Below, one piece after another: positions 1 through 13,411 of a DNA stretch of 64,000 nucleotides. Every line of letters starts with the position of its first letter. Within the stretch, counting starts at the first letter, position 1. Both the position numbers and the translations under genes were made by a program. The notes under the pieces were generated by a model. The model made no database searches and had not been told where the DNA came from. It worked only from the letters and a program-made list of their open reading frames with translations. This DNA is from Felis catus (taxonomy: Eukaryota): the NCBI RefSeq assembly GCF_018350175.1, contig NC_058368.1:43960001-44024000 (forward strand). The letters run 5' to 3'.

Positions 1-267
1 ATACTGGAGCATTCATTTGTTCAAAAAAAACCTTTTGAAGGACTCCTATGTGGATGCAATGATGGGCAAGTAAATGCACAAGTGTTATTATCAGAGATTT
101 TATAGTCTGCTGATCTGTTACAAAAAAAGCACAGCAGCGAACACATTTGACTTAAGTTCAAATGGATAGTTCTTAGGGATTTATTCTTGTACATTTTCTA
201 AGTGACTTTTTAAAAGTGGTGTACTCCGTAAGGAAATTTTTTAAACAAGAATATAGAATATAATTTT

Positions 268-841
268 ATTTAAAAAAACAAAATTCAATTGTGTAAATTA
301 AAAAAAAAATTAAGTTTATTTATTTTGAGAGAGAGAGAGAGCACACACAGGAGGGACAAAGGGAGAGAGAGAGAGAATCTCAAGCAGGCTCCACACTGCA
401 GAGCCCGATGCAGGGCTCTAACTCATGAACCTGAGCTGAAATCAAGAGTCAGACGCTTAACCAACTGAGTCACCCAGGAGCCCCTCAAGTGTGTATATTT
501 TAGGATCTTATTGGTTTTATTCAAAAATTTATGAAATGGGAAGCATCTATTTTAGCAGATAAGAAGGAGCTCTGAGGAGCTGCACAAAAGGAAACATTTT
601 TATAGGCAGAAGGAAGTTTAGTAGGCAAAAAAGTAGTTTGGTTATTGCAAGGTTATTTTTCTTTAGGGGATGGCAGGGTATATCAGGTAGATTACCTAAA
701 CGATGTTAACTGGGTGATTCCTGATTGACTAGTGTAAGATTCTATTTTTGGGAGAGTCAAAACTGTAATTAAGTCTCACTTTGGTGACATGGAGTTTAGC
801 ACAAGCGACTCCATTTTGGGTCTGTTGTCTTGTTTTTAACA
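268..841 (-). mobile_element. Solo ERV1-class LTR interrupted by a SINE
   Basis: Minus strand starts TGTT at 841 (tgttaaaaacaagacaacagacccaaaatggagtc...); minus-strand AATAAA at 516-521; sequence continues on both sides of the SINE at 300-484. Subfamily not assigned; left end approximate. Confidence 0.6.
300..484 (-). mobile_element. Can-SINE (SINEC)
   Basis: tttatttattttgagagaga...ctgagtcacccaggagcccc; diverged TSD tcaattgtgtaaatt / tcaagtgtgtatatt. Confidence 0.93.
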
Positions 842-1964
842 GATTTCCTATTCTAAATTATTACATTTTTTAATTTAATTAATGCATCATTTATACCCAG
901 AATCATTATACTTCCTTACTGCTTCATTAGGATCAAGAACAAGGATAGCATAGAAAATATAGTAGAATCTTCTTCTTCCACCAGACTTTTCTCTTATACT
1001 TCATATTATTCTAGGCACAGACATTCTCCAAACCAAGAGGAATGAGAACAATTAGGAAACAAAAACAAAATCTTTTGAAGAAAATCTAATAACCCCTACC
1101 AAGCTAAAGAATTGTTCAGTTATTTTTAAATTTGATGGGGTGCTGAATTGTAGTGGAAAGAAAATGGATCTCAGTGTTATTAGACATGCTTCAGAATGTT
1201 TGTCCTTGACATTATTACATAGAATAACAATGCAGAAATCTAAAGTACATTTATGATCAGCAAATAAAAATTGTTGCCAGAGATTGAAATGCCCTGAGGA
1301 GGACTGTTTGACCTTCTCTTATAACTGAAGCATATCGGTAAACAGCAATGATAAATTAAGATAAACAGTATTGTGAGTCAAAGTAAGGTATGTGAATTTA
1401 AATGTACCTATTTCCAATGAAGTCCATGCAATTAAATATTAAGATATAAAACAATTAAATGTTATTATTGCAGAAAAATAGCTATTATTTCAGTAGGCTT
1501 GCAAAATTGTTTGGTCATTTATGTCTTAGTGACATAGTTTGGCAGCAGCCTTTTTCCCATTTTATAGTAACATGTCTCCTGGCATTTTGTACTAATCTAG
1601 CATAGATACCATGATCTGGATATTATTTCTACTGGGGAGCATTATTTTCATGTTTTTGGAATCAGTATCATAAAATGTTTGTAGTTATTGCAACTATCTA
1701 GGCAATATAAAAAAAAGGACTCTATGAAACTGAATCACTAAACATTTTGTTTTAACAGTGCAGGATTGTCCTCTGTGTTATTTACTTTGCTGAAACATTT
1801 GCATGAACTAAAAGAATGTTCTTTATACCTGATTTACATTTGGCATTAAGTTACTTAATATTGTCATGTTATTACACTTTTATAAAGTTTACTCTATAAG
1901 ATCCTAAGAAGGGAAATGAGGAAAAATAGTTTATTTGAAAAAGTTGGCTACTGGATTGTGTTAC

Positions 1965-2207
1965 TGGGATTGGATCCTGAAATAGAAAACAGGGTTGGGA
2001 AGGACATTAGTAGAAAAACTGGTGAAATCTGAATTAATCCTGGAACTTAGTTAATAATAATATACCATTATTAATTTCTTAATGTTTGAAATGTACCATG
2101 GTACATAAGATGTTAGAATTAGGAAAAACTGGGAGTAAGGTGTACATAACTCGGTACCGTCCTTGCAACTTTTCTGTAAACCCAATACTATTAAGAAATT
2201 TAAAAAT
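1965..2207 (+). mobile_element. Ancient L1 (L1MC/ME-type) 3' end
   Basis: ggattggatcctg...ggacattagt...aactggtgaaatctgaat...ttgcaacttttctgtaaa resembles old L1 3' UTR termini. Confidence 0.7.
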
Positions 2208-2319
2208 ATATATATTTTGAAAAATTCAGGGAAGGAATTTTATTTTAAAATTAAGGGTTAAATAATACTTGACATATGCATAATATTTTTAATGTGTTTT
2301 GTGTTATTTTGCCTGGCCA

Positions 2320-2940
2320 TTTGTTGTTGTTGTTGTTTTTCATCATGGTAAGGGCACTCTTTAATCCCCATCTCCTATTTTCCCCAAACCCCACCAATCT
2401 CCCCTCTGGAAACCATCAGTTTGTTCCCTAGAGTAAGAGTCTGTTTCCTTTTTGCTTCTCTTTCTTTAGTTCCCCTTTGCTCATTTGTTTTGTTTCTTGA
2501 ACTCCACATATGAGTGAATCGTATGGTATTTGTTTTTCTCTGACTGATTTATTTTCCTCAATATTATTCACTCTAGCTCTATCCACATTGTTCCAAGTGG
2601 CAGGATTCCATTCTTTTATATGTGTATATATACTGTACACATAGCACATCTTCTTTGTCCATTCATCTATCAGTAGACATTTGGGCTGCTTCCATAGCTT
2701 GGCTATTGTAAACAATGCAGCAATAAACATGTAATCCTTTGAATACATGTGTTTGTCTTTTTGAGGTAAATATCCAGTAGTGGAATTACTGAATCTTGGG
2801 GTGGCTCTATTTTTAATTTTTTATGAAATGTCCAAAATGTTTTCAAGAGTGGCTGCACCAGTTTGCATTCCCACCAACAGTGCAAGAGGGCTCCTTTTTC
2901 TCCACATTCTTACCAACACTTGTTGTTTCTCATTTTTGAC
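2320..2940 (-). mobile_element. L1 3' fragment (ORF2 C-terminus plus 3' UTR), carnivore type
   Basis: ORF track peptides [12 protein letters not shown] and MFIAALFTIAKLWKQPKC are typical L1 ORF2 3' translations, in different frames (disrupted). Confidence 0.92.
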
Positions 2941-3820
2941 TTCAACCCTGTTTAATATATTTTTAAAATATTGGAAAATGCATATAGATATTTAGTCAAA
3001 TGAGATCAGGATAAAATGATGTAAACCCAATCTGCTTCTCTTCAGTGTACAGGTGAAATATATTCTGAGTAATAAGGATAAGACATAAACCTCAAGAAAG
3101 TAAGTATATTCTTTGACAAAGAATTGTAAGTTGGAAGCTCTCTAGTTTTTATCTAAAGTCTCTAAGGGTGAAAACTTAATGGTGATAATACTGAAATTTG
3201 TCATATGTTAGTATTGACATAAATAAGCCATCTGGATGGATAATTGAACCATAAAGAAAATAAAATACAAACATGTAATATACATACCAAGAACCTGAAA
3301 TTAAAGGTTTTAGGGCTTATAGTCTTATTATTTTACTATAGAAAAGATCTTCATGTAAAATTAGAGAAACTCTTTTGTCCTGACATTGTTGCATATATTT
3401 TTCTTTCTAATGAAAGAAATGTGTGTTTTGTTTTGTTTTGTTTTGTTTAATTTTTAAACCTTTTCCCCTCTTACTTTATGTGACTTGAACAATAGTTTTA
3501 AGAACAATGCACTGGCAAAGAATATTCAGTTAATAATCTAGAACTTCCTTAGGAAGAAAAAACATTTAAGAATTAATATAAAAGCAGAGACTCAGGAAAG
3601 ACTGCCAAGCTATGATATTCCCATGATGCCAAGACATGCAAAGAAGGTGAATGAAAGATCTAGAAAGGGAGATTTCTTATCACTTTACTCAACTAATTTA
3701 ACTGTATATCCAAAAAAAAATTTTATCAAATACCACTCTGGCAGCAGCTGAAACTTAAACTCAACTCCTGTAGATGGTTTGATTTTCAATAATTGCAGGA
3801 TACATGTCTAATCTGCTTCT

Positions 3821-4012
3821 GTTTTTGTTTTTTGTTTTTTGTTTTATTTTTAAGTTTATTTATTTTGAGAGAGAAAGAGAAAGAGCACATGTGCACCTGT
3901 GCTCAAGTCGGGGAAGGGCAGGGAGAGGGAGAGAGAGAATCCCTTGCAGGCCAGCCCTGTCTGCACAGAGCCCCACTCAGGGTGCGCTTGATCTCGCCAA
4001 CCTTGAGATCAT
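3821..4012 (-). mobile_element. Can-SINE, 5'-truncated
   Basis: T-rich tail, tttatttattttgagaga, body ends at ttgagatcatg. Confidence 0.85.
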
Positions 4013-5145
4013 GTCTAGTAAGCGTCTTCTGATTTGAAAAGCACAATAAAGCCAAGGATAGAGGTAATAGTTATTGAGGAGTTAAGGCAGGAGTTAAATT
4101 ATCGATAGAAGGGAATCCAAATTGAATAACCAAATAAGAAACTAAGACTACCTAATCTTTATTATTTATCATACTAATCATTAAGAAATTTGCTAGTACT
4201 ATCGAAATTATAACCACACTTACTATAATGAATCCAGTACCAATTTATCTTCCATTTCTGAGAGATAGACACATTAAGCAAGTTGCTTATATATTGATTA
4301 TGTAATGATATGATTAATACTTTGGCCCAGAACACTATATAAAAGGATACATTTCTAACCTACCACACATGAGAATAGATAATAAAGATGCCCAAAAAAA
4401 ATTAAAGATGGAGGGAGATAAAAAGGAAAGAAAATGCATACTCTGAGATAACAATTAATTCTATTTATCATCATTTAAAAGAAAAATTGCTTTTGTAAAT
4501 GGTATGACCCAAAAGGTAACAGAGAACTCATTAAAAAGGAAGAAAGTGTTAAGCACATGTTTTATCCAATAATTATATGACCAGTGCTTCTAGCCTGGAG
4601 TGATTGATACAATGGGGACTTTCACTTAGAAGAACCTGCCCTGCTTATGATTTCATGTGACTTCAGAAAATAGGAATTACAATGAAAAGCAAGTGATACC
4701 AAGGGGTTGCTTTCTAAGTCTGCATAGAATACTGTGGACACAATAAACACTTATTTTTAAGATGTGCAATAGAAGCAAGTAATGAAGAAAGGTATCTTTC
4801 CTTTTAGAACTGCTCTGGGAGAGAGGGCCTTGCATTAGGAACATTATGCATTTTATGAGCATAGAGTAAATCGGCCTACAACTGAAGCAGAAAAAAAGAA
4901 AGCATTGAAGGGCATCTTGCTTTGGTGGTTTTATGGCAACATCCCAGGAGCAGCTAATGAGTGACTTTAGAATATTTAGACAAGACTGTATATTTCAGCA
5001 CAGAATTGTTGATTAACATGAGTCATTTCAACAGATTGCAGCAGAAAAAGAATAAAATTGAGGATCTCCTTAAATGAGCTAAGAAGGTAAGTTCACAGGC
5101 ACACAAGAGCAATTCCTGAGGACACCAAAAGTTGTTTAGGAAATT

Positions 5146-5364
5146 AAAAAAAATTTTTTTAATGGTTTTATTGACTTTTGAAAGATAGAGAGATACAGAG
5201 CGCTGATGGTAGAGGGGCAGAGAGAGAGAGGGAGACACAGAATTGGAAGCAGGCTCCAGGCTCTGAGCTGTCAGAGCCCGATACAGGGCTCAAACCCACG
5301 AACCATGAGATCATTACCTGAGCCAAAGTTGGATGTCTAGCCGACTGAGCCACCCAGGTGCCCC
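5146..5364 (-). mobile_element. Can-SINE
   Basis: Full body ending ccacccaggtgcccc; TSD aagttgtttaggaaatt on both sides. Confidence 0.96.
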
Positions 5365-6149
5365 AAGTTGTTTAGGAAATTTTAAGAAAGGTGGAGCTCA
5401 TGCAGTCTGAGAAGCGGTGAAATTATCAAAATACTTATTTTTCTACAAGTATTGTGATTCAACCTATATTTGTGGTCTCCTATACTCTGGAAAAATGTGG
5501 GTATATTTGTAATGGTGCTAGAAATGTGTTACAAGAGATCATATTGTACTTTATAAAGGATAATTCCTGGAATCTTGGGAAGTACAATATGTTAAAAAAT
5601 ATATATCACTATTCTCAAGAAAGTCACTTGAAGCTTTTTTTTAAGTGGGAGTCAATGGCACAATAATTATAATTTTCCATGATTGGTAATTTATTAAATG
5701 CTTAGAATTCTTACCTATATCTTTTCATTTTAGAACTTATGGGCTTATAGATTTCATTTTATAAAAGACATGTTCCAAAAAAATCATACAAAAATAAACA
5801 CGATAAATCAAAATAAACCAAAACCATCATTTAAAGAGAAGTTTGATCATTGATTTAAATTTTCAATAAACATTTGAATACATGTAGATAATAGTAAAGA
5901 AGGTTATATTATGCATACTATTTGAAAATGTATTTAATTTACTTTTAATGAAATATAGGGAGAAAACAGAAGAATGATGAGAATGTTAAATCAGAAATAA
6001 TTTTTTAACCCAAAATATGTTCATTAATAAATAATCCCTCTAAAATTATGCACAAAGATCATGAGAGTATGGAAATTATGGCGTTCTGATGATTTTTTGA
6101 AACTAATATCCAAATATATCAACTAACTGCTTTTATTAAAGTGAGTTTA

Positions 6150-6352
6150 GGGGCACCTGGGTGGCTTAGTCATTTAAGGGTCTGACTTTGGCTCCCATCA
6201 TGATCTCGTGGCTCAGACCACGAGAGCTCAGAGCCAGGAGCCTGATTCAGATTCTGTGTCTTCCTCTCTCCTGCCCCCCTCCCACAACCCACCCCCGCTC
6301 ACACTCTGTCTCTTTGTTAAAATAAATAAACATTTAAAAATTAAAAAAAAAT
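6150..6352 (+). mobile_element. Can-SINE with internal deletion
   Basis: ggggcacctgggtggct head, aataaa/A tail, TSD aagtgagttt. Confidence 0.92.
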
Positions 6353-6500
6353 GAAGTGAGTTTATTAGTGTAGATACTATTATATATGGCACACTTCTCC
6401 AAAGTAAGGAACCACAATGTCACCATATTTCAGTGTTTTCACAATAAAGGTGAATCATAAAGATCAAAGGTGAAAGATACAGTGGTAAAAGCATAGTGAT

Positions 6501-6870
6501 TGTCATGGGCTACATTGTGTCCCTTTACAATTCATATTTGAAGCCCTCTCAATGCCTCAAAATGTGACATTTCGAGACAGGGCCTTAAAATGATGATTAA
6601 GCTTAAATGAGGTAGTTAAGGTGGTCCCTAATTCTGTAAAACAAATGTCCTTATAAGAGAGATTAGGACACAGATACAGAGGAAAGACTGTAAAGGCGCA
6701 GGGAGAAGACAGCTCTCTATAAGTCATGGAGAAAGGCCTCAAAAGAAACGTGTCTTGATGGCATTATCATCCTGGACTTGAAGCCTCCAGAACTGTAAAG
6801 AAATAAATGTCTGATGTTTAATCCAGGAAGTCCGTGGTACTTTGTTGTAGTAGCCCTAACAAATAAAATA
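6501..6870 (+). mobile_element. MaLR solo LTR (MLT1A/B-like)
   Basis: tgtcatgggctacattgtgtccc...gcctccagaactgt...aataaatgtctg...gtagccctaacaaa. Confidence 0.88.
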
Positions 6871-7468
6871 GTGGTATTACATCTTTCTAGTAGTGGTATG
6901 CAGAAACTCAAACTACCACATGATGACAGAATTTCACGTCCTTTGTGTTTTATACTTAAACAGAAATAGTAGGTCATGTGCCTTACATTGCTTAAAAGTA
7001 CATTTTATGAACACTTCACAAAAATTTGTATTGAAATTCATTTTTAACGGTATATGGATCTATCATTTTCATCCTTAAAATATCAAAGTCCATTCGTTTT
7101 GTCCTTTTGAAATTTCTAGAAGAATTTGTTATCTTAAACCTAGACCCAGTGTGGATTCTTTCCATCTTCTGGCCTATTATTACTTTCACTCTTGATTTCC
7201 TAGAGTCTTCTATATTTTTCAAAAATATTCCAGATAAGCCAAAATTATAATGTTCTGTCTGGGAGACTTAGAACAGTTTTTATTGCACGTTGGCTTAAAA
7301 TGCCACCAGAATACCTAAAAGTCATTTATCTGATTAATTAAATTAAGCCTTATAGCAACTGTTTCCACTTAGAAAATTTCCAAACATAAATATAATTCTG
7401 GTAAATATGTGTGTTATGTTTGTGTTTATTTTTCATGAAGTAAGCGTGGTAAGAATTACTTATCTTCA

Positions 7469-7595
7469 GGGCACCTGGGTGGCTCAGTGGGTTAAGTGTC
7501 CAACTTTGTCTCAGGTCATGATCTTGTGGTTTGTGAGTCCGAGCCCCACATTGGGCTGTGTGCTGACACCTCAAAGCCTGCAGCCTGCTTCAGAT

Positions 7596-7640
<45 letters not shown>

Positions 7641-7716
7641 TTTTCCCCACTCGCACTCTGTTTCTGTCTTTGTCTCTATCTCAAAACTAAATAAGCATTA
7701 AAAAACATTTAAAAAA
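7469..7716 (+). mobile_element. Can-SINE with expanded (CT)n
   Basis: gggcacctgggtggctcag head; (CT)~20; TSD aagaattactta(t/a)cttc. Confidence 0.95.
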
Positions 7717-7801
7717 AAGAATTACTTAACTTCAAGTTATTGAATCATTCTCCCAAGAAATGTCTTAGCAAGTCATACAGTGAATTATAACTAAATTGAA
7801 A

Positions 7802-7803
<2 letters not shown>

Positions 7804-7844
<41 letters not shown>
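7804..7844. repeat. (TA)n microsatellite
   Basis: About 20 perfect TA units. Confidence 0.97.
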
Positions 7845-7847
<3 letters not shown>

Positions 7848-7984
7848 CATTGGTTATTAATTGTCACACCGAAATGGTTTACTCCTTATAATAACACTAT
7901 AACATTTGGAAGATAATCATGTTGCTAGTGATAATGAAAATAAAAGGAGGAATTACAAACTTATATACCAAGTATATAAGCATT

Positions 7985-8415
7985 ACTAAGCATTATTTCA
8001 TTTAAATTTCCTAGCAGCGCTTACAGTCAAGAATTGCTATTGCTGGGGCGCCTGGGTGGCGCAGTGGGTTAAGCGTCCGACTTCAGCCAGGTCACGATCT
8101 CGCGGTCCGTGAGCTCGAGCCCCGCGTCAGGCTCTGGGCTGATGGCTCAGAGCCTGGAGCCTGTTTCCGATTCTGTGTCTCCCTCTCTCTCTGCCCCTCC
8201 CCCGTTCATGCTCTGTCTCTCTCTGTCCCAAAAATAAATAAAAAACGTTGAAAAAAAATTTAAAAAAAAAAAGAATTGCTATTGCTATTGCTCTTGATAT
8301 GTAAAGAAAACTAGTCTCATAAGTGAGGAACTACTTTTCAAGATTAGATGGTACCTGGTGATGCTAAATCTCAAACTAAGTTTTGTCTAACTACAAGCCT
8401 GTACTCCTTTTATTA
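7985..8415. mobile_element. MIR remnant interrupted by SINE
   Basis: cattatttcatttaa...aaactagtctc...ttgtctaactacaagcc resembles a degenerate MIR. Confidence 0.5.
8045..8270 (+). mobile_element. Young felid SINE (SINEC_Fc-type)
   Basis: CpG-rich ggggcgcctgggtggcgcag...cagccaggtcacgatctcgcgg; perfect 16-bp TSD aagaattgctattgct (8029-8044, 8271-8286). Confidence 0.98.
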
Positions 8416-8429
8416 CATGACATATCCAG

Positions 8430-8895
8430 TCAAAGATATTTGTTAAGTAATGATCATGTGCCAGTCACTTTTCTAGGTATTGGATTATTCACAATTGAAC
8501 AAAAGAGACAAAAATTGCTATCTTGATGTTATTCATATACTATTGGAGGGTTCATATAATAAAATAATTTAAAGGAAATATAGTAAGATAGATGGTGATA
8601 CCTAATACAAAAATTAAAACAGGAAAGTAAAATAGGAAACAATGTTAGTGAAGGGTTCAATTTGCACGAGGATGGATAGAAGAAAGACTCACCACAAATG
8701 AGATTTTAGAACAAAGACTTGAAAGTGTTCATGTGAATATCGGGGTGTAATGCATTACAACTAGAGAAAATGCTAAATATAAAGGCAAGTGTACCTGGGT
8801 TTGAGGAACGCCAAGATGCTCACTACGAACAGAGCAGAGTGATTAGAGGAGTGGTAGGATGTGTGTTCAGAGATTTAGATGGATCCCTGTTAATA
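8430..8895 (-). mobile_element. L2 fragment
   Basis: atatttgttaagtaatgatcatgtgccagtcacttttctagg...tgaacaaaagagacaaa resembles an L2 3' end in reverse. Confidence 0.6.
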
Positions 8896-9859
8896 TAGAA
8901 GTACCTTGCTAAAAAATCAAGTAACTGCAATATTTATGAAATTTCCCAAATAACACAAAAATACAAAAGTAGAAAGTGCATACTGTATCTATAATCCATC
9001 TCATTTCACCTATAAAGATAAGTATGTAGTTTGCATGTTGGTAGGTGGGTATGTTTCTGTGCATTTATTTAATTCTTCATTACTTTGCTCAAGTAATTTA
9101 GAGCAAATCCAACTTGTTGCTTCATTTGCCCATAAATACCTCAGTAAGTAAGTAATGCTATAAAATTTTAAAAATGATTTTTTTGTATAACTGAAATGCC
9201 ATGAAACTTCTAATAAGTATAGCAGTAATTCTATAACATCATCTGTGCTCATAATCAGATTGCCCTAAGTATCTTGAAGCTGTGATTTTACAGTGTGCTT
9301 GGTTCTATCAGAATCTAAACAAGAGTCACAGTTTGTTCATACATTTTAGTCTAACTTATAATCATCCCCAGCACTACACACACAACTTTTTTTTCCAGGC
9401 AATATTGTTGCTGAGAAAAATGTGGATATGTCTCCTTAGAAAATTCCACATTCTGGTTATAGCTAGTTATTCCTACTTTTTTCACTGTATCTTAAAAATA
9501 GGAAATACAGAAGTTAAAAAAGATCTAGGATCACTCTGCAAGCCTGTTTTGGGTACCACAACCAAAGGCATAGACATACGGTAATCCCACTATTACGGAT
9601 GCTATAATTCATCATTGTGTTCAATTATTAACAGATTGATCTATTACAAATGGCCGAGTAGTAGTTTTATTATCTGTTGCTGATTATTGCTTAAATTACT
9701 TCACTCAGAGTTTTTATGATGTTTATTTTCTAATTCTGTCATTCCATCAGAAAGTATTATCAAGAACTTTCCCTCAAACTATTCAGTTAATCACAAATAT
9801 GTTTATGCAATAATGGCAAAATTAATGATGTTAATGATGTTCAGTGAATATATTTAAAT

Positions 9860-9863
<4 letters not shown>

Positions 9864-9916
<53 letters not shown>
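9864..9916. repeat. (TA)n(TG)n compound microsatellite
   Basis: Read directly. Confidence 0.96.
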
Positions 9917-11018
9917 TTGAACTCATTCTCATTTGCACTCACCATTGTCTCATCATTCAATAGTAGGAACCCCTGACTTTCAGTAAACTTTTGATATCAA
10001 ATCAGAAGTCTTCAGTTATTTTCTTTTCTCTGTATCAAAACAGTATTCCAGGCTTACTCTGGATCAGACCTGTACCAGTTATTGGGAAGTGATATTTGGA
10101 GATCAGAGTCTGGGTGCTAGGTTTATTTATTTCTAGTTTTCTGTTATTGTTGTCCTTTTTTTACCGGTCAAAACAAGGGAAAAAGAGTTTTTGATTCAAT
10201 GTTAAGGTAATAAAATTTTGTAACTTAAATTCTTTGATATACATCTTGGTTTTTTGTTGTTGAAAACTTTGGTTTCTAAGATAACTAACATAATAGTGTT
10301 TATATTAATCCTGCAATACCCATATACTAATTTAAATAATAACACAGTGTTGCTACTTATACTACTGAAACTGGCTCAAGGTTTCCTTGTGGTTCCTTTG
10401 CCATTAAGATGGTTGCTGGCATTTTTATAAAGAGGTTGTTATATAGAGAATATGATTAAAATAAGGAAGTTGTCCTAATTTTATCCCTTAAGGGTTTTCT
10501 CCTCTATGGTTATTCAACATGTAATTAATAAACAAACAAACAAATAAGTGACTTATCTATTAAGCCACGTTTGTAGTGTTTTGTGAAATTCATCTCCTCC
10601 AGATTACTTCCTCACTGGTGTTTTAATTCATGTCCCTAGTTGGTAATTCCAGGGTCCTACTGTGCTCACTTTGGATCTCTTTACATGACTCAAATTTTGG
10701 CATGTTTCTCTTGATATATTTTATTAAAAACTATTGAAATACTTGAAGGCTAAGACTGCCCTGGTACCCTATGATTTTCCTGCCATCCTTTAGCATATCT
10801 ATGAGGTCATTGTTATTATGACTTATTATCACCATTATTATTATTATTCACTTACGCTTTATTAATAACATTTGTTATGGAGTCTTTCAGTAATCCTCAA
10901 ACTTGTTTGCCTGGAGGCAAGCACTTTCTTTTGGGGAAGTGTCTGCCTTCATTCAAGAGCTAGTAATGCAATCAAGAAACTTCAACATGGGCATGGACAG
11001 CCTTATTCAGTATCCTAT

Positions 11019-11237
11019 TTTTTTTTTTATTTTTTTAACATTTATTTATTTATTGAGAGACAGAAACAGAGCATGAGCTGGGAAGGGGGCAGAGAGAGAG
11101 GGAGAGTCACAGATTCCGAAGCAGGCTCCAGGCTCTGAGCTGTCAGCACAGAGCCCGACGGGGGGCTCCGACTCATGAACCATGAGATCATGACCTGAGC
11201 CGAAGTCGGCCGCCTAACTGACCCACCCAGGCGCCCC
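11019..11237 (-). mobile_element. Can-SINE
   Basis: Ends ccacccaggcgcccc; TSD agtatcctat. Confidence 0.96.
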
Positions 11238-11729
11238 AGTATCCTATGTTCTGTACAATAATTTCCATGTTCAAAAACAGTTTTAAATAAGAGTGACATC
11301 TTAAATAATAAGTGATACACATAAAAATTCCACAGTGAATCTTTTAAAAAAATTATAAAATGTTCTCATGCAATAGTCACATGAGAACAGTGCAAAAAAA
11401 TGCCATTTCCCTCCAAAAGCAATAGAATAGGTTCTAATCATATTATTATCCTCACTAATGACTTAGTGATAGTTTGAGTAGACTCACTTTTCTGAACAAA
11501 TATATCATTACTTAAGTTAATATACTGATAAAGAGATGGTCATTCTAAAATGTGTGGGCTCATTTATACTTAGACACATTGAATACAATATGATCAACCT
11601 GTTTTTGAAAGGTTGCAATTAATACTAATTGAAATGTATGTAACTCATCTTCTTATAGAATCTTTATTTTCTTTACTCAACTGTTTATTTTCTAACAATA
11701 CTATGATTTAGTGTTCGTGTTTCATGTCA

Positions 11730-12150
11730 ACATTTTATTAACGTATAACATACTTATAGCCATATGTACAAATCTTAAGTATGCAGTTCAATTAGTTTTC
11801 ACAAAAATGAACAGACCTGTGTGAATAGCATTCATATCTAGAAACAAAAAAGAGCAGAACCCTAAGAGCCCTTTAATTTTCACAATAGCAACTATTATCC
11901 TAACTTCTAATAGATTAATTTTGTATTGGTTTTGATCTTTATATTATATTAAAATAGTTTATATTTATATTAATGGGATTTTTCAGTATATACTCATTTA
12001 TGTCTAGGTTCTTTCGCTGTACACAATGTTTGTGAAAGTAAATATATATGCTTGTTTGCTTGTAGTTTTAATCCCTCGTCTAAGTGTCATATGGTCTGAT
12101 ATTGACTGAATATGCCATAGTTTGTTTTTCCTTGTAGTGTTGATGGATTA
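11730..12150 (-). mobile_element. Ancient L1 (L1ME-type) 3' fragment
   Basis: tgtacaaatcttaagtatgcagttcaatta...caactattatcctaacttcta...gactgaatatgccatagtttg. Confidence 0.65.
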
Positions 12151-12921
12151 AGTTCTTTGAAACAGGCATAATAAGATATATTAAAATCATTTATCATATA
12201 AAGTAAGAATTATAAAATGTAGTTTAATTGATTAAAGTCTCATAAAGTTCAAGTGAAAAGGATGGCCAGTATAAAAACTTAGGATCAGTTTACTGAGTAT
12301 TTATGTTTTGCCACTGAGTGCCTTTATACATTATCTTACATAATTCAGTCCTAGAGATAATGGTGAGAGCAGCTTTTATCATGATACCCATTTTTTTGAG
12401 TGAAGAACTATGTTATGCCTTGGGAACTTTAATAAATTCATGGAAAATAAATGCTAGAGATAGTATTCAAACTGGATCTTTTGTATCGCAGACTGTACCC
12501 TTATCAACTAAAGTATATTACATGCCTGCAGACACTCCTTTCTTTTTTGCACCACTTTTGAGTACCCTATGATCTTATACAAGTTCAATTTCTTTATTAA
12601 TTCTTTCCTCACTGAAAATCAGACCCTGTGCTTATCTCCTAGGGTAATTACCACACAAAAATCATAGTCTCTGAATTATAGGAGCTCATAATAAATTAAA
12701 GAGGACACATTCACATCCACTTAATTGTGTGTGTATGGTATTTCAGCATAGGCACAAGTAAATCCAATCAATTTTTATCAAATCCTATACTGATGGACTA
12801 ATTCTTTCCTGATCTTTCCTATGTCAACCACCTCAGCTTTCACTGTATAACATCACCTTTGAGTCTTTCCTCTATCCTCTTCTACATCTCTTGAGAAACT
12901 TTAGCTAAATCTAAATCTTAA

Positions 12922-13411
12922 GTGTCTTGTTGAGAGCTTAGCAAAACTACTCCATAATATTGCTGTCTCAGCATCCACTTTGTGTGACTAAACAGCCTGC
13001 AAGGGACTGGAACTGCCACTTGGCCTTCTGCCAGCACATGCTCTGGATAGCAGTCACAAGTAATTCTAAGTTCCCAACAGGATGCCAAGAGCCCTACCAA
13101 TAAACACTCTTCAGCGCCTCCTAGGGCCTTCCCTATGTGTGCTCCTTAGGTAAGAGCCAGGCAGAGCTTAGCAAAACCCTCCTATTTTGGGTTTGAATGG
13201 ACCAATCCAGCCTTAGCCCAGGAACCCCAAAGCACCCTGTCAGCATCCTGCTTTGGTCTCTCTTCGAGGCTCCTGGAGGCTTGTCTTTCACCACCTCCAG
13301 GACCTGTGAGTCCTAACCTTCTCTATTTCACTCTACACTGCAGTCTTTTGTTGAACCATGGCTCACATTGGGACATCTCAGGGCTCTACTTAACAAATGT
13401 TAATTTAACAA
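12922..13411 (+). mobile_element. Solo ERVL-class LTR (MER74-like)
   Basis: ataatattgctgtctcagcatcca start region; gaccaatcca/ggaaccccaaa core; end gggctctacttaacaaatgttaatttaacaa; GC richer than flanks. Confidence 0.6.

Noticed and set aside
8045..8130. tRNA-like A/B boxes as tRNA genes
   Set aside because: They are tRNA-derived SINE heads followed by (CT)n and A tails with TSDs.
11361..11389. 10-bp inverted repeat tgttctcatg / catgagaaca
   Set aside because: Short; spacing and orientation do not match a steroid response element; no other support.
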